Assembly (NCBI GenBank): GCA_000708835.1
Contig: DF237431.1
Span: 1 to 64,000 of the forward strand
Length of the DNA: 64,000 nt
Source of the DNA: Klebsormidium nitens
Lineage: Eukaryota > Plantae > Klebsormidiophyceae
Direction: 5' to 3'
The notes beneath the pieces were generated by a model. It saw only the letters and a program-made list of their open reading frames with translations. It made no database searches and had not been told where the DNA came from. Positions 21,401-32,708 of this stretch are shown here, in pieces. The position numbers and the translations under genes are program-made. How positions within the stretch are numbered: the first letter of the stretch is position 1; each line of letters opens with the position of its first letter.

Positions 21401-23558
21401 AGCACACACGCATAACCCAGAACATGGATGCTTTGAGCCGATTCAGATAGTTTTGCAAAGAATTCCGCAAGTCCAGGGCCTCCGTTAGCATTGTCTTCAA
21501 GTTCGCGCTGCTCTTTTGAACAACTTCCTGCACGTTTCTCTAGAGTCCCTTATGCTGCCATTTGCACGCATGCACCACTACAAGTGTCTTTAATGAAGAG
21601 TTCTTCAATCGCAGACTCATTAAAAACTTGTTCCATGTTTTCGCAGGACGAGCCGAGGCGATCACCGAAGCAGCCTTGTACTACAACGAGGAGAAGCTCC
21701 GGCATCTGGCACAGTCGTTGGCAAGGAGGTATGCCTCTGAAATTTTCACAGCTGAACCCACATGAAATCTGCATAAGTTGATCACCGACGATGCAAGCTC
21801 TTGATCCAACGCCAAATAATCGCATTTGTTTTCCAGAGTTTTTGCCACAGCGCTCCGTGAATGACCTGATCAGTGAACCATCTTTTGCAAAGTTTCGATC
21901 TGGTCGTTTTCAATACGGTTTATATGCGATGGACAGGGTTACCAGCTTTATCAACCAGTTGTTTCACCGCATTTGAGTTTGTCCGTATGATTTTTGAGCT
22001 GAGCACATCATTTCCTATGTCAAACGGACCCCTTTTTAAATGTCGTATGTAGGCCCTGTCAAACGTGGTGCTCCAATTCTGATTGTTCCGAGCTATTTGC
22101 GTATTTCGAGTTTTAACTGATCATTCCCGTCGTTCTTGGTCGGGCAGGTACGAGGAGTGTCTCAAGCGACTAGGCGATGCGGCCGTAGCGCTGGAAACCG
22201 CTTGCCGCGACATACTCGGTGTGCCGGCTGGTGAGGTGCCGCTAGAGCAATTCGAGGAGTGGAAGGCGGGGGTGCAGGAAGCTGCTCGGCGGAAGCTAGA
22301 CCGGACGCTCCATCAAAGGTCAGACGGGGTTGAGTACTTCGCCCTGTACACCGAGTTGGAACTTGCACGGGGGCTGGAAGAAATCGCGGATTCGGAATCA
22401 TTTTCGGATGGTGCTTTGTGCTCGGAGAAGGTACAGTCAGTTCAGCAGCTTACAGCGGAGATGTTGAAAGACAGAGCTTCGAAAGAGAAGAAGCTGCTCG
22501 ATCTCGGGAAGAAAGTGTTTGGGGCGGACTATGTCGAGAGGCGAGGTAGCCCCGAGCAAGAGCGCTTTCTGCGGGAAGCCAGAGTGCAGCTAGCGGAAGA
22601 GACGATTCAACAGCTGCAAATTGACCTCGAAGCCCAGCTCCACTCTCTTGAACGTTACAAATTGCGGGTTTCGAAGGAGGCTGACTCGGCCAAAATGAGG
22701 GCTTCTCTCCGAAGAAAGGAGGGCGAGATCAAGAAGCAGATTGTCGCTGCGGTCGGGCGGTACAACCGGCTGCTCGACCTGCAAATCTCGCCGAAAGAGC
22801 GGGATCGTGCTGATGCTGATTCTCTTCTGGCCGGCGAGGAGCTGCCTTGGTCATTCGAGGGGTGCGTGGACCCGAGCTTCAGAGTTGGGGTTTCGATGCA
22901 TAGGACTGTGGAGTTCAGGAAACAGCTAGAGTTATTAGACGCTTACAATAGGCTACGCCGCTTGGAGGAGGAAGAGCTGTTACTGAGAGCAGAAAGGGAT
23001 AATTACCTTACTTATTACACGGAACTCGTAGCGTCCTTAGACATGCAGATTGCTGAGGCTCAGGAGAGTGTTCGTAGGGCTGGTACGACTCCTCGACCAA
23101 CCTTTGAGGCCGTTGCCCAGTCGGGTAGGTACGTTGCTCCCGCCACTCTTTTGTGGTCTGATCAGGATGCATCAAGTGGTTTCCTTGCCATTCTGTCGGC
23201 GGCGCGGTTCGAGGCTCTAAAGTATTTGAGACTGGGTCGGATACAATTTGGTCAGGAAACAAGCACACGGGCAGCGGGCAATGAGTCGGACGATGTGTAC
23301 GCCGAAGTAGACCCTGAAGGGTTGCCAACAGGTTTAGGAGCTGCGCCAGAACCGGAGGCGTCTTGGTCTGAAAACGTAGTGAGCCCGCTTCGGATCTGGC
23401 TACTAGCTAGGAACCTTGACGGTCATTTGCCCCCCGAGGTCATAGAGAGTTTGAATCTTGACGATTTGAAGTGGATGACCAACACGGATCTGGTACACTT
23501 AGGCATGTCGTTAGGCGCTCGGTTAAGGTTCCTAGACGCCATTAAAACCCTTGCTTAA
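18441..23558 (+). CDS. KDZ (Zisupton-like) transposase with B-box-like finger, CxC cluster, RNase H-like KDZ core, helical region and C-terminal SAM domain
   Basis: Exons 18441-19625, 20197-20820, 21280-21397, 21647-21728 and 22148-23558 join in frame with no stops. Motifs: CRTCGLVCASCDQDLH..H.HR, GFWPGT..TVY, CPAC..CDGNHKLYR, WKAA..ETG...CRH...NM...GERYGY, YQDIICKY, MHGKLHSWECQ, GEDMELLFSYLSR. Confidence 0.92.
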
Positions 23559-24886
23559 ACCGTTTGCTGAGATCAATAATCTCGGATTCCGAAGTTTTGA
23601 GCACTTCATCCGAGTTTCAGTGTCAAGGCATAGTGGTGACCGAGTAGAACTTCGGAAGTTCTGGACCATACCGTACGAGAACGTCATCACTGGTGCATGC
23701 ATTTCGAGTCCTGTCAATGCACAGTGTTGGCGGTGCAATTAATGAACAGATTGCCGCACAAGTCCGGACTCTATCGACATGGCCGGGCACTTAATTGCTA
23801 CTTCGTGCCTTGCCAACTTTGCCTCAATGTTGCGTGCTCCAATGTTGGTAAACATAGACAAGCAATGGTTTTAGGAACAAGCTATAGCATGTGCCAGCAT
23901 CATCTGACGGAAGATGCCAAGTACTGCAGTAATTGTACAATTGAGTATTGAGCAGGCATAGAATCCAATTTTAACTCGAATGCCTGCATTATCGGCCGGA
24001 ACCATGCAAGGGTGCCGCAGTCGGGTAGCTTCACCAGACTTTATTGCGGAATTCGTTTGTTACTAGGGTATGGTATGCGGGCTGGATCATCGATCCACCA
24101 TGTGCATATATGTGCAATCAAGTCGAGCACACGAAAAGCCCTACTCTTACCTATTGCACACTGACAATGATATATGGCATGGATGCAGTGCGCACGTACG
24201 TTTTAGGATCGATTGTGGTCTTGAAGTTCTTGATTGCGTATCAATGAGTCCATGATGCCAGCATGCACATATTCTTATGAAAATGGATGATTATGATGCA
24301 TGATCGTGGATCCAACATGACCCTACGTCCATAACTATACTGAGAAACTAGAGAGCTGACGATAAACTCGCAGTGCACGGTTGTATGTTGGTATAGTATA
24401 ATCAAGCAGCTCGATCGGACATGAGTATGATCGATATAGGTAGGCATATGCAAACATGTAATTAAGTTGAAGGTAGCGGCCAACTTGTAGAAGACAGCTC
24501 AGTGTTGAGTCTGTATTACCGAGTACGACTCGAGCGAGGCTCGACTAATTGAGATTCGCATGGCTGCACATGAGCTACTAGTGGGCACCGACTTCACAAT
24601 TGAAAATGTGTTGCTGCTTTGCCGTGCCACCTTAATGCTTCCAGGCGCGGTCCGATGATTAAGTCTGTCACGAAGCTACTGTGTGTGGACTCGGGATCGT
24701 TTTTAAGTACTCATTGAGGTTCGGCATCATGGGTTTGATCGAAGATGCTGAGGGCCTGTCAGCTAGTGCCAAACTAAGTTGTCGCTATGTGCACCATCAT
24801 GGGCAGAGCTTCGAAAATTCAATCAGATGTCATTACTCATGCACACATTGAACGAGCTTAGCAACGTCCAAACGTTACAATATATC

Positions 24887-25665
24887 CTAGGGTCCACTGT
24901 TTGCCCACTTTTTCACGGCTACTTTAAATAACATCCGAGGACCAGCCTTGTCCCCGAAAATCGAGTTCAACCAATCTTTATCATCAATCAACTCTTTCAG
25001 ACTCGCTTCATCCACTTCCCCAGATTCTAGACACGCAAGAACCTTGCTCCTCAGGGTCTCCTCCATATTCAAGGAGGCTACAAAGCTACGAAGGCTTTGT
25101 GGCAAGCTATACGACGAGCTTGAAGGACCGGGAACACTAGCAGTATTCGGCGGTCCATTAGCTGAAGTGTGAGCCTTGCTCTGGTCGCCTTTTGAGGTTT
25201 TCTCCTCGCTCTGATCTTTCTTCGCTTTCTTATATACCCTTAAGGCCCTTTTGTACGACTTCTGGACGTCATCGCTGCCAACCCAGGAACTGCCGAGGTC
25301 TCCGAAACCCAGAAAGTGAGCTTCCTTGCTCTTTGACTCTGCCTTCCTTCCTACCTTTCCGAGAGAGGCGCCGGATTCCGTTGAATCGTCATACCAGACC
25401 AAGCTTGTTTGAAAACCTTTTTCGGACAGAAGCATAAGGTCGTCTTTGATCCGGCGTATGATTCCTTTTGTGTCTTTAACGGCGCTCACTTTCTTTTCTC
25501 GTTTCTCCTCCTGAGCGCGTCGGCGGAAGCTTTTGACGTCGAAGCCGCACGTCTTGCACTTGTTTGCAGCGGACGGGACCAAACCGGGGCAAGGGGGTAT
25601 TGTATTGCTGGGGCAAGGGCGTTCCTTCGGAGCAACTTTCTTTGACTTGCGAGCGGGAGAAAGAC
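24887..25665 (-). CDS. Transposon cargo protein, terminal exon: Cys4 zinc ribbon plus C-terminal SAM-like domain
   Basis: Acceptor at 25666, then an open frame reading KSKKVAPKERPCPSNTIPPCPGLVPSAANKCKTCGFD ... SLRSFVASLNMEE...GEVDEASLKELIDDKDWLNSIFGDKAGPRMLFKVAVKKW, stop at 24887. Upstream exons unresolved. Confidence 0.7.
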
Positions 25666-27347
25666 CTGAAACGGCATGGATTGATACGTCAAGTTATGTG
25701 CGAGGCACTTCGCGCATAACGCTTAGAGCTCCAAAGAGGTTCTCTCGAGCCAGCTGGAAACGGAAAGGCCCGCTCGTTCGAGCTTGAGCATGCGCTCACA
25801 CAGAAGTCGGCAGCCAGAAAAGCATCGCAGGCTGCCTCAGACCACGAGCTGTCCGCAAGGATGTGGATCATTTCAGGTGGATGCCTTCAGTGATCATCCG
25901 AGGGGTTCGAGAAGTCTTTGCCCCAAATGACGTTCTTGGCAGCCCTCTAACTTCCCATCGCTAGCCAGTTTTTCTCTTTCCTGCCCCCGACTTCCTGACG
26001 AAGGAGTGTCCCCTTTTTGCAAGTTTCCACCGCTTTGAACGAGTCAAAGCATACAATGAACATTGAGAAGCGCGATGTGCCAACTTTTGGACCTCCGGTA
26101 GAGAGCCTAACAAAGGGATCACTTGCGGCGGACTTCTTTCTGGTGAACTCTCGTGAGATGACACCAGGGACTCACCAGGACTCGTTGATGGCTTCGGGGT
26201 TTCGTTCGCATGCCGGCTTGTTCTTCTTGGAGAAGTCCACCTTTCCCTCCTCTGTCCGGGGCTGCTTACTGGGGCTCCGGTCTCTGTACCAGACAGGGCC
26301 GAAAGAGAAACGAGGTTTGCAAGAAACGAAAGTGCACTGATTGGGAAGTGATGGCCAGTCGCAACATCGTTGAGATACAAACGACGCTGAAACCATATTG
26401 TTGAATTCTGAAGGTATCGCATCAACCACAATTGTCGACATCGAACCCCTTTTCTTGATCCACTTCCAGTTCCCCTTTTTGGGCCGGCATCAAATACCGT
26501 TTGAAACAGATCGAGGAGCGTAACTGGTCCTTAGGCGTGGGAGTTTCCAGCGTTAAAAAAGAGAGAAGTCCATATATGCTGCCCCTAGTCTAGGCTTGCC
26601 AGATGTTTGCAAGGTTCTCGGCTGAGTTGCTGGGCTGTGTAAATAAAGGATATACAATGACACCCAGAGTCCTCCCCAGTATTGGCTGACCCGAAGTCCA
26701 AAAGATCCGGTGTGAAGCATAATTGTTGGGCCCCTGATCATACGAAACCGTTTAGGACTGCCAACGGTAGGAACGGAACGGCTCTGATCTGCTTCAATTT
26801 TGAAGTAGCCACGGCCATTAGGAGGGACTTACGAGACGGTGGAAACGATGAAGGGGTAGGATCAGGCCCGGTCGGTCTCCGAGGAGACATCCGCCGCTCC
26901 TCTGCTTGGGGAATGTCCGCAGTCTGAGAAGGTCCCCCGCCTGGAGAGAAGAAACACCGGGCCAGGTTTAGAAAGGGGACGTACATCGTTGTCGAAGTTC
27001 GATCGCTGCGAACGAAGGCGCGCTCGGCCAGCCCAGCTCGCGCGATGAGCCTTAGAAGCTGGGCCAAGAAGAAACAGCTTGCTTATATCTCAAAATACCC
27101 AGAAAATAAAATGGAAATTGAAAGACTACATGATGCTGCCCGCACGGTTTAGCACTGCCAAGGCTTCCACAGCAAATTCCACTTTGCCCAATCATGGAGA
27201 AGAGGCCACACTTCTGATGTGCGCAACCATAGAAAGTCAAAGCCGAAACTCAAATAACTACCGCTATTTCCATTACGGGACATCTTAATAACGTAAGCGA
27301 GATCTGAACTGATGATGACAATGGCATTATTAATCTCCGCCTCCAGA

Positions 27348-30033
27348 TCAGCTCAAATGATTGCTGAGATGCAGCGAGTAGGGGAACTGCACATGTAAGC
27401 GTTCTCCCTCACCTTCCTTCGCGGTTGACCCGGTGGTCTCATTTGCCTTTTCGGGAGATTGTCCTTTGTCCGCTCCCAAACCGGCGGACTGCGATAGCGG
27501 CTCCGCTCCTGAAAAACGGTGTTTCGGTTTAGAAGCGTGCGATGTGTGCATCGGTTTAGAAGCGTGCGATGTGTGCATCAAAAGCCAAGCCGGTGGATCA
27601 AACACAGATAGTTGCAGACTCTTCAAAAGCTCCAGCACGGGACTCCTTTCAAAGACGATAAAGAGTGGAAAAGGAGCAAAGGGGGAAACAAGGAGGTCAA
27701 GCAAATCCTGAAGGCTGATGGCTCATTCGCAACAGCTGCTCCAAGCTCCCGAGAGATTACTTACGAGAAGATGGAGTAGTAACCCCTTCGGGGCTCTCGG
27801 TCCGCTTTGATGTGCTAGGACCTTGTGCAGGACCGTTTGCAGCACTACGATGCATCTCGGGGAACAGAGACGCCCCTGAAGGAAAGGGTTGAGTGTTTAA
27901 AAGCGGACAGACTACCAAGTCAATGAAGTGGGGCAGGCCACCAGAATAATTAAGGTTACCCAAATCCCCCAAGTGCAGATATCTAACTATGGCGGCTCTA
28001 AATCTTATCACGAGGCACTCGACCGATTGGAGAACGACCTTGAGCACTACGAAGTGAAACAATCGAGCACAGCTTGAGCTTTCCGCAGGTCACAACTCAC
28101 GTGGTGACCTTCGGACAGAATGCACAGGCTGTGGAGCTGGTGACAAGCTCCGCCGGTTGGCTGCGGGAGATGTTGGCGAAGCACGAGCTCCCTTCTTGTC
28201 AGCTGCAAATAGTTGTAAACATGTTTGAGACTCTAATATATGGAACCAAGACCAGGCATCCACACAAGTCTCTTCTAGGGTAACTGTCTGCTTGAGATCT
28301 GCCCTACTAGAAAACCGAAAGAGAGTACTTCCTTGCTTGAATTCCACTGAAAACTGAGAGCCCGCAACAAGCCTGCTCAGATTGTCGAGTAACAAAATGC
28401 CCCTTGCCCCCTGCGCTCATGTCTTCTGCGAGGCCCAATAGAGGACCAGGTAAACAAGCAGACGTTTCGATAGAGAGCAAGCCAATTGGACATCAAACTG
28501 CTTCTACCTCGTGTGAGTCCGTTACTAAATCTCAGATGATCGTTACATCTAATTTGGAAGCAGTAGAAGGACAGATTGGCTGATGAAACACCTTTTCAAG
28601 AGAGCCCAGTTCATTGATACTTTGCAGCCCAAGAAACAATCAACCGGCCGCCCTTCGGGCCTTCAGTAGATAAAAGCTTTTGGATCAACTGGGAATTCGT
28701 TGCTTTACATACCCGAAGAGAACAGGGCCACCGGTATACAAAGAACATGCCTTTGCAGAGCAGTAGCTATTATAATAATTGAGTCTGCACGCAAGAATGG
28801 TGGCCACTCACCTGCGCCGCTTGGCTCCGTGTCTTTCGTTTTCCGCTTTGTCATCTTGCTCCGCTTCTTTTGTACGACTGATGGGGCACCTGCGCAAGCA
28901 AACCTCAAAGGGTGTGAACAAGCTGATCTGTGGACTGCCACAAACAAAAGCAACTTGACAGGCGACGGCGTCGTGCTTGAACAAGTTTGAGAAAGTCTCT
29001 TTGTCAATGGCAACTGCAACATGAAGTGAAGGTTCCCTGCTGGCATGTCTGCTTGTGCATTTGTTTTGCTGCCCAAAGCCTTGAACATCGGAAAGGAGAC
29101 ACTTGAGCTTGATTTGTAAGCATGTCACTGACCTGGCACCACCTCTTTATGACTCTTTCCCAACTCGCTCGCTTTTCGCTTTCTCCCCTGCGTTTCTGCA
29201 GTGAGCAAAACACCTGGATCAAAATCCAACCCTTTCTGCAATGGTCCTTCGAAACTTTGGAAGCTTACATCCTGTACATCGCATCCTCATCGCATACGAC
29301 GCGGCTGCCGTCGAAAACCGTCAAGCGAGTGACAATAGCATGCACCACTGGCATTCAGGTATTCAAGTTGGCCAACAGAATGTACAATGGCAAAGCATGT
29401 AAGACCGTGTTCCAACCTCCAGAAAGTTGTTTGTATGCTGTCTGGCGACGACTCGATTCTGTCACAGCATTGTGCAAGACGATACTGACAGCAAACGATG
29501 AATGCTGAGAGCTTTTTGAACTGATGCAATGGCCCGATTGTCGCTGACTGCTGACCTGCGCTGCCGTCACGTGCGGTGCCAGCTGCACACTCCTTCACAA
29601 AAGCTTGAAACCCGATTCTTTCATCTTTTTGAATACTTGAGACTTCCGCCATCTGCTTGTCATTGTATCCCAGTTTCTCCTGCAGCTTTTCCCAACAGTT
29701 GGGTGCTTCCTCCAAAGGCAAGCTTGCCACCTCCACGCTAATTGCTCTAAAGACGTTGGCCATGTGCACTAAGCTAACATTATGTTTCCTGTGTATCCTG
29801 GGAAATGAGTTAGCTGGTTTCCCAATCTTCTTCCAGTAGAACTTAATGTCATCCTCTGTGATTGACAATGAAATGTCCTCCTTAATGTTGGCGGAATGTG
29901 CTGCCATCCCGCTTCCCTGCTTCGTCTTGATTTCTGAGTGGGCAAACGTTGCGGCAACAACCCCAGCACCAGCAGCACATCCACCCAATCCTTGTACCGT
30001 GGTGCTAATTAATGCAGCATCAGATTGCTCCAA
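27348..30033 (-). CDS. Transposon cargo gene of unknown function, multi-exon; may be continuous with 24887-25665
   Basis: The 248-aa ORF starts about 140 bp inside the right TIR. Further splice-compatible segments lie at ~29200-29130 (RKRK motif), ~29020-28815 and ~27880-27766. No domain recognised and the exon chain is uncertain. Confidence 0.5.
27525..27578. repeat. Perfect 27-bp tandem duplication
   Basis: CGGTTTAGAAGCGTGCGATGTGTGCAT occurs twice head-to-tail. Confidence 0.95.
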
Positions 30034-30171
30034 GCAGGGAAGCTGGCGGCACCTTCTAGCTGGCCCACTCTGATTCTGAAGCCAAGCCTTCCCAGTCAGA
30101 TGGTTCAGATTGCATGCTGAGGGTCAGGCTGTGCCACCCAACATGTGAGCTGGGGTTCTCGATCTTAGTTA

Positions 30172-30321
30172 CCGTCGTCGTCGTCGGTTTCCAGAGGCAA
30201 AATCGGACGGTAACTCGAATTTCTATTTGGGGACTCTACCGTTTCAACTTGGTCGGTGTATCGATATCGATGCCTTGGACTTAACCGAGGAATCGTCCAT
30301 TTCAAAGGAGAGACTGGGTTG
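30172..30321 (-). repeat. Right terminal inverted repeat of the KDZ element
   Basis: Reverse complement aligns to 18091-18245. Confidence 0.9.
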
Positions 30322-32708
30322 TCCTCAGAGACGATTTTGAATTTCCCACTTTTGAGATTTGACCGTTTCCTTTTGGACCCGGAGAAATCCTCGTATGAAC
30401 ACAAGAAACAATTGAATATGTGCCGAAGGTAATTATGAGACAGGCGCTTTGTAGAGCGTTTCTACTTATATTATCTTTTAATTCTAAATTGGTCCATTAT
30501 CCGATCCGCACAAAGATCTGCGGGTTCCGGAACCTAGATGAACGCCAATTTTATTCAAAACTTTCTAGCAGAAAATGACCATGCAGACTGCAGCTCAGGA
30601 GACGGTGCATGCACTCCCCGCATCCAAGAAGAAGGCTTAGGCAGGGACGATCGAGGTCGTCATTCATCACCCTGGGCCTAGGTAGCTGGACATCAGCTTC
30701 GAATTTCATAGCTGGCAAAAGGGCTCTGAAGGCGCTCATGCTCCTTGCAAAGCTGAGGGCCTTAATCGGAAGGACGGCTCTTGACCAGCAAAGGTTTAGA
30801 AAGCGTTCACAACTGTGGCTCCTGCACAAACGCGGTCCACACTCCTTGTGTGTGGACCGCACATGACCCTTAGTTGTTGAACAAACCCGAAGAGCAGTGA
30901 AGGTTCAGAGGCTGACAGAAGAGCTGTCAAGTAGTTCCACACCAGTCACATGCCGTTGCATGTCTTAGCCAGGGATGACAAGAAATAGCCTCCCGCTTTG
31001 GCGCATTCTGTGTAGGAAGCCTCCAGCTTAGGTTTTAGCCATCCTACCTCCAACCTTTCACTTCTTCCTTTGAAAACCTGCTGTAAAGCTGCAGCCAAAG
31101 CACTCTTGAGTTCTGTTACAGTCAGCTTAGCTCTAGCTATTCTGCATTTTAGGGATTTGCAGGGGAGGGGGCCTGTGAGGGATGGGGGCGCTGTGCTGCT
31201 GTCCCATACCAGAGGACTACTGGGAGGAGTATGGCCACCCAAACAGCCTTCAAAATTGTTTTGGCGTGCGCTACTGCTTCCGGTGGTGCATACGCGCTGT
31301 GAGCATGCCCACTGGTCTCCGTCAAGTCTGCTTCTCCTTATTAGCTTTTGTCTAGTTTGTCTTCAGGGCAGAAACCTGGAGGCTGCAGGGTTGAACACCG
31401 GAAGACAACATGGCTTCTCAATGGAGCTCTTTCTGTAGGAGCTGTGTACTTGGAATTTGAAAGTCCTTGACGTGAAGCACCGGCTCAATGGGTTGGAACA
31501 TGTAACTTCCACCAGCCGTTTTTGGAGAATCTATGAGAATCTGCTTGGAGTACGCTTTGCCTAATGCATTGCTGCAAGAGGTCCTTGGCAGACATGTCAT
31601 TCTTGGTCCTTGAGTCAAACAGGTATGGTTGGGTTCACCCTGTGTGCATCTGCAGCCCTTTGGAGAAGGCTGTTCCTACTTGTTTGTGGCATTCAATCCT
31701 TCCTACTTTGCTGATATTATAGAAACTTAAGAGAAGGAAGTAACGGTCTGCCCAGCTCGTGAAGAAGTTTCAGAACGGACGGACAAGTCCTGACTTTGGG
31801 TCTTCTTATGTTAGACCGCGTTGTCATTGTTGGCTGGGCGCCTCTTAGAATGTTTCTATCGATCCGACACCCCGTGGCGGCAGTCATTGTTTGAAATCAG
31901 CATTCATCGTTTTCCCCACAAGATCAGCTTTCTGGTCACATCCTAATCTGCGTCTTTGATGGCACTTCGATATCATGGCTGGCTCCGGTATCAGGGTCGA
32001 AAGGGCACTTTCTAGGAGACTTCCACCAATAGTTTTGCTACAGAAAACTGTTTGTTGCTCCTCTCAGGATCTGTCGGAGTCTTTCTTCAGAGTTTCTTGC
32101 TTTTGCCCAAGCTTAGGAACCAAGCAAGGGGCTGCTCAAATGAAGTCTTACAAGTTCCCGGTCGAATCTGTCACTGAAGCGGCGCAACAACGAGCTAGGC
32201 TCATTGGGTCCAATTATAGGATGCTGTCTAGTTTTTCCAATTTCTTAGAGAATCAAACATCAACAACTTGCTGGCTGGCTCCTGATTTTCTAATATCTAG
32301 TGCATATTTGCATCCGTAATGTTTGCCACCCCAATAACATGCCTACGGTCACCGTGCATCGAGACCCACGATACTGCTGCGCACATATAATGGGCCCTGT
32401 GCCGGGTGGCTGATCGTAGAACTGACAAAGGATCCCTTTCAACGTCCTCAAGCAGTACAAATGACGAATGATGTTCTAAAAAGGTCTTGATGGACTCCTT
32501 ATCATGCATCATCCCCCGAACAATCTTTCCGTCCGTGTCTTTGCAATACTGGACGCTCTTTTGACTCCTAAAATTCGTCGATCAGGCATACAAAGGATCG
32601 TTTGTGATGTTCTTTCCACTACAGTAACGATCCCGCTCAAGGGGCCTGCTATGGGCGCCTTATACTGCGAAAGTCGCCTCAGAGGCTTTCTCACCTTCTC
32701 TTTGCAGT

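Larger units (their letters stand above)
18091..30321. mobile_element. KDZ/Zisupton-like DNA transposon, ~12.2 kb, with ~150 bp terminal inverted repeats and cargo genes
   Basis: Inverted repeats at 18091-18245 and 30172-30321 bracket a KDZ transposase gene and convergent minus-strand genes. No target-site duplication found. Confidence 0.85.

Noticed and set aside
23551-23951. Two short Cys-rich ORFs directly after the transposase stop
   Set aside because: Short, non-ATG starts, different frames and no recognisable finger spacing; probably 3' UTR.
24000-30100. TET/JBP dioxygenase or Ulp1 protease cargo, as expected from fungal and fish KDZ elements
   Set aside because: No convincing HxD...H 2OG-Fe motif or H-D-C protease motif was seen in the readable frames; unresolved exons leave some doubt.
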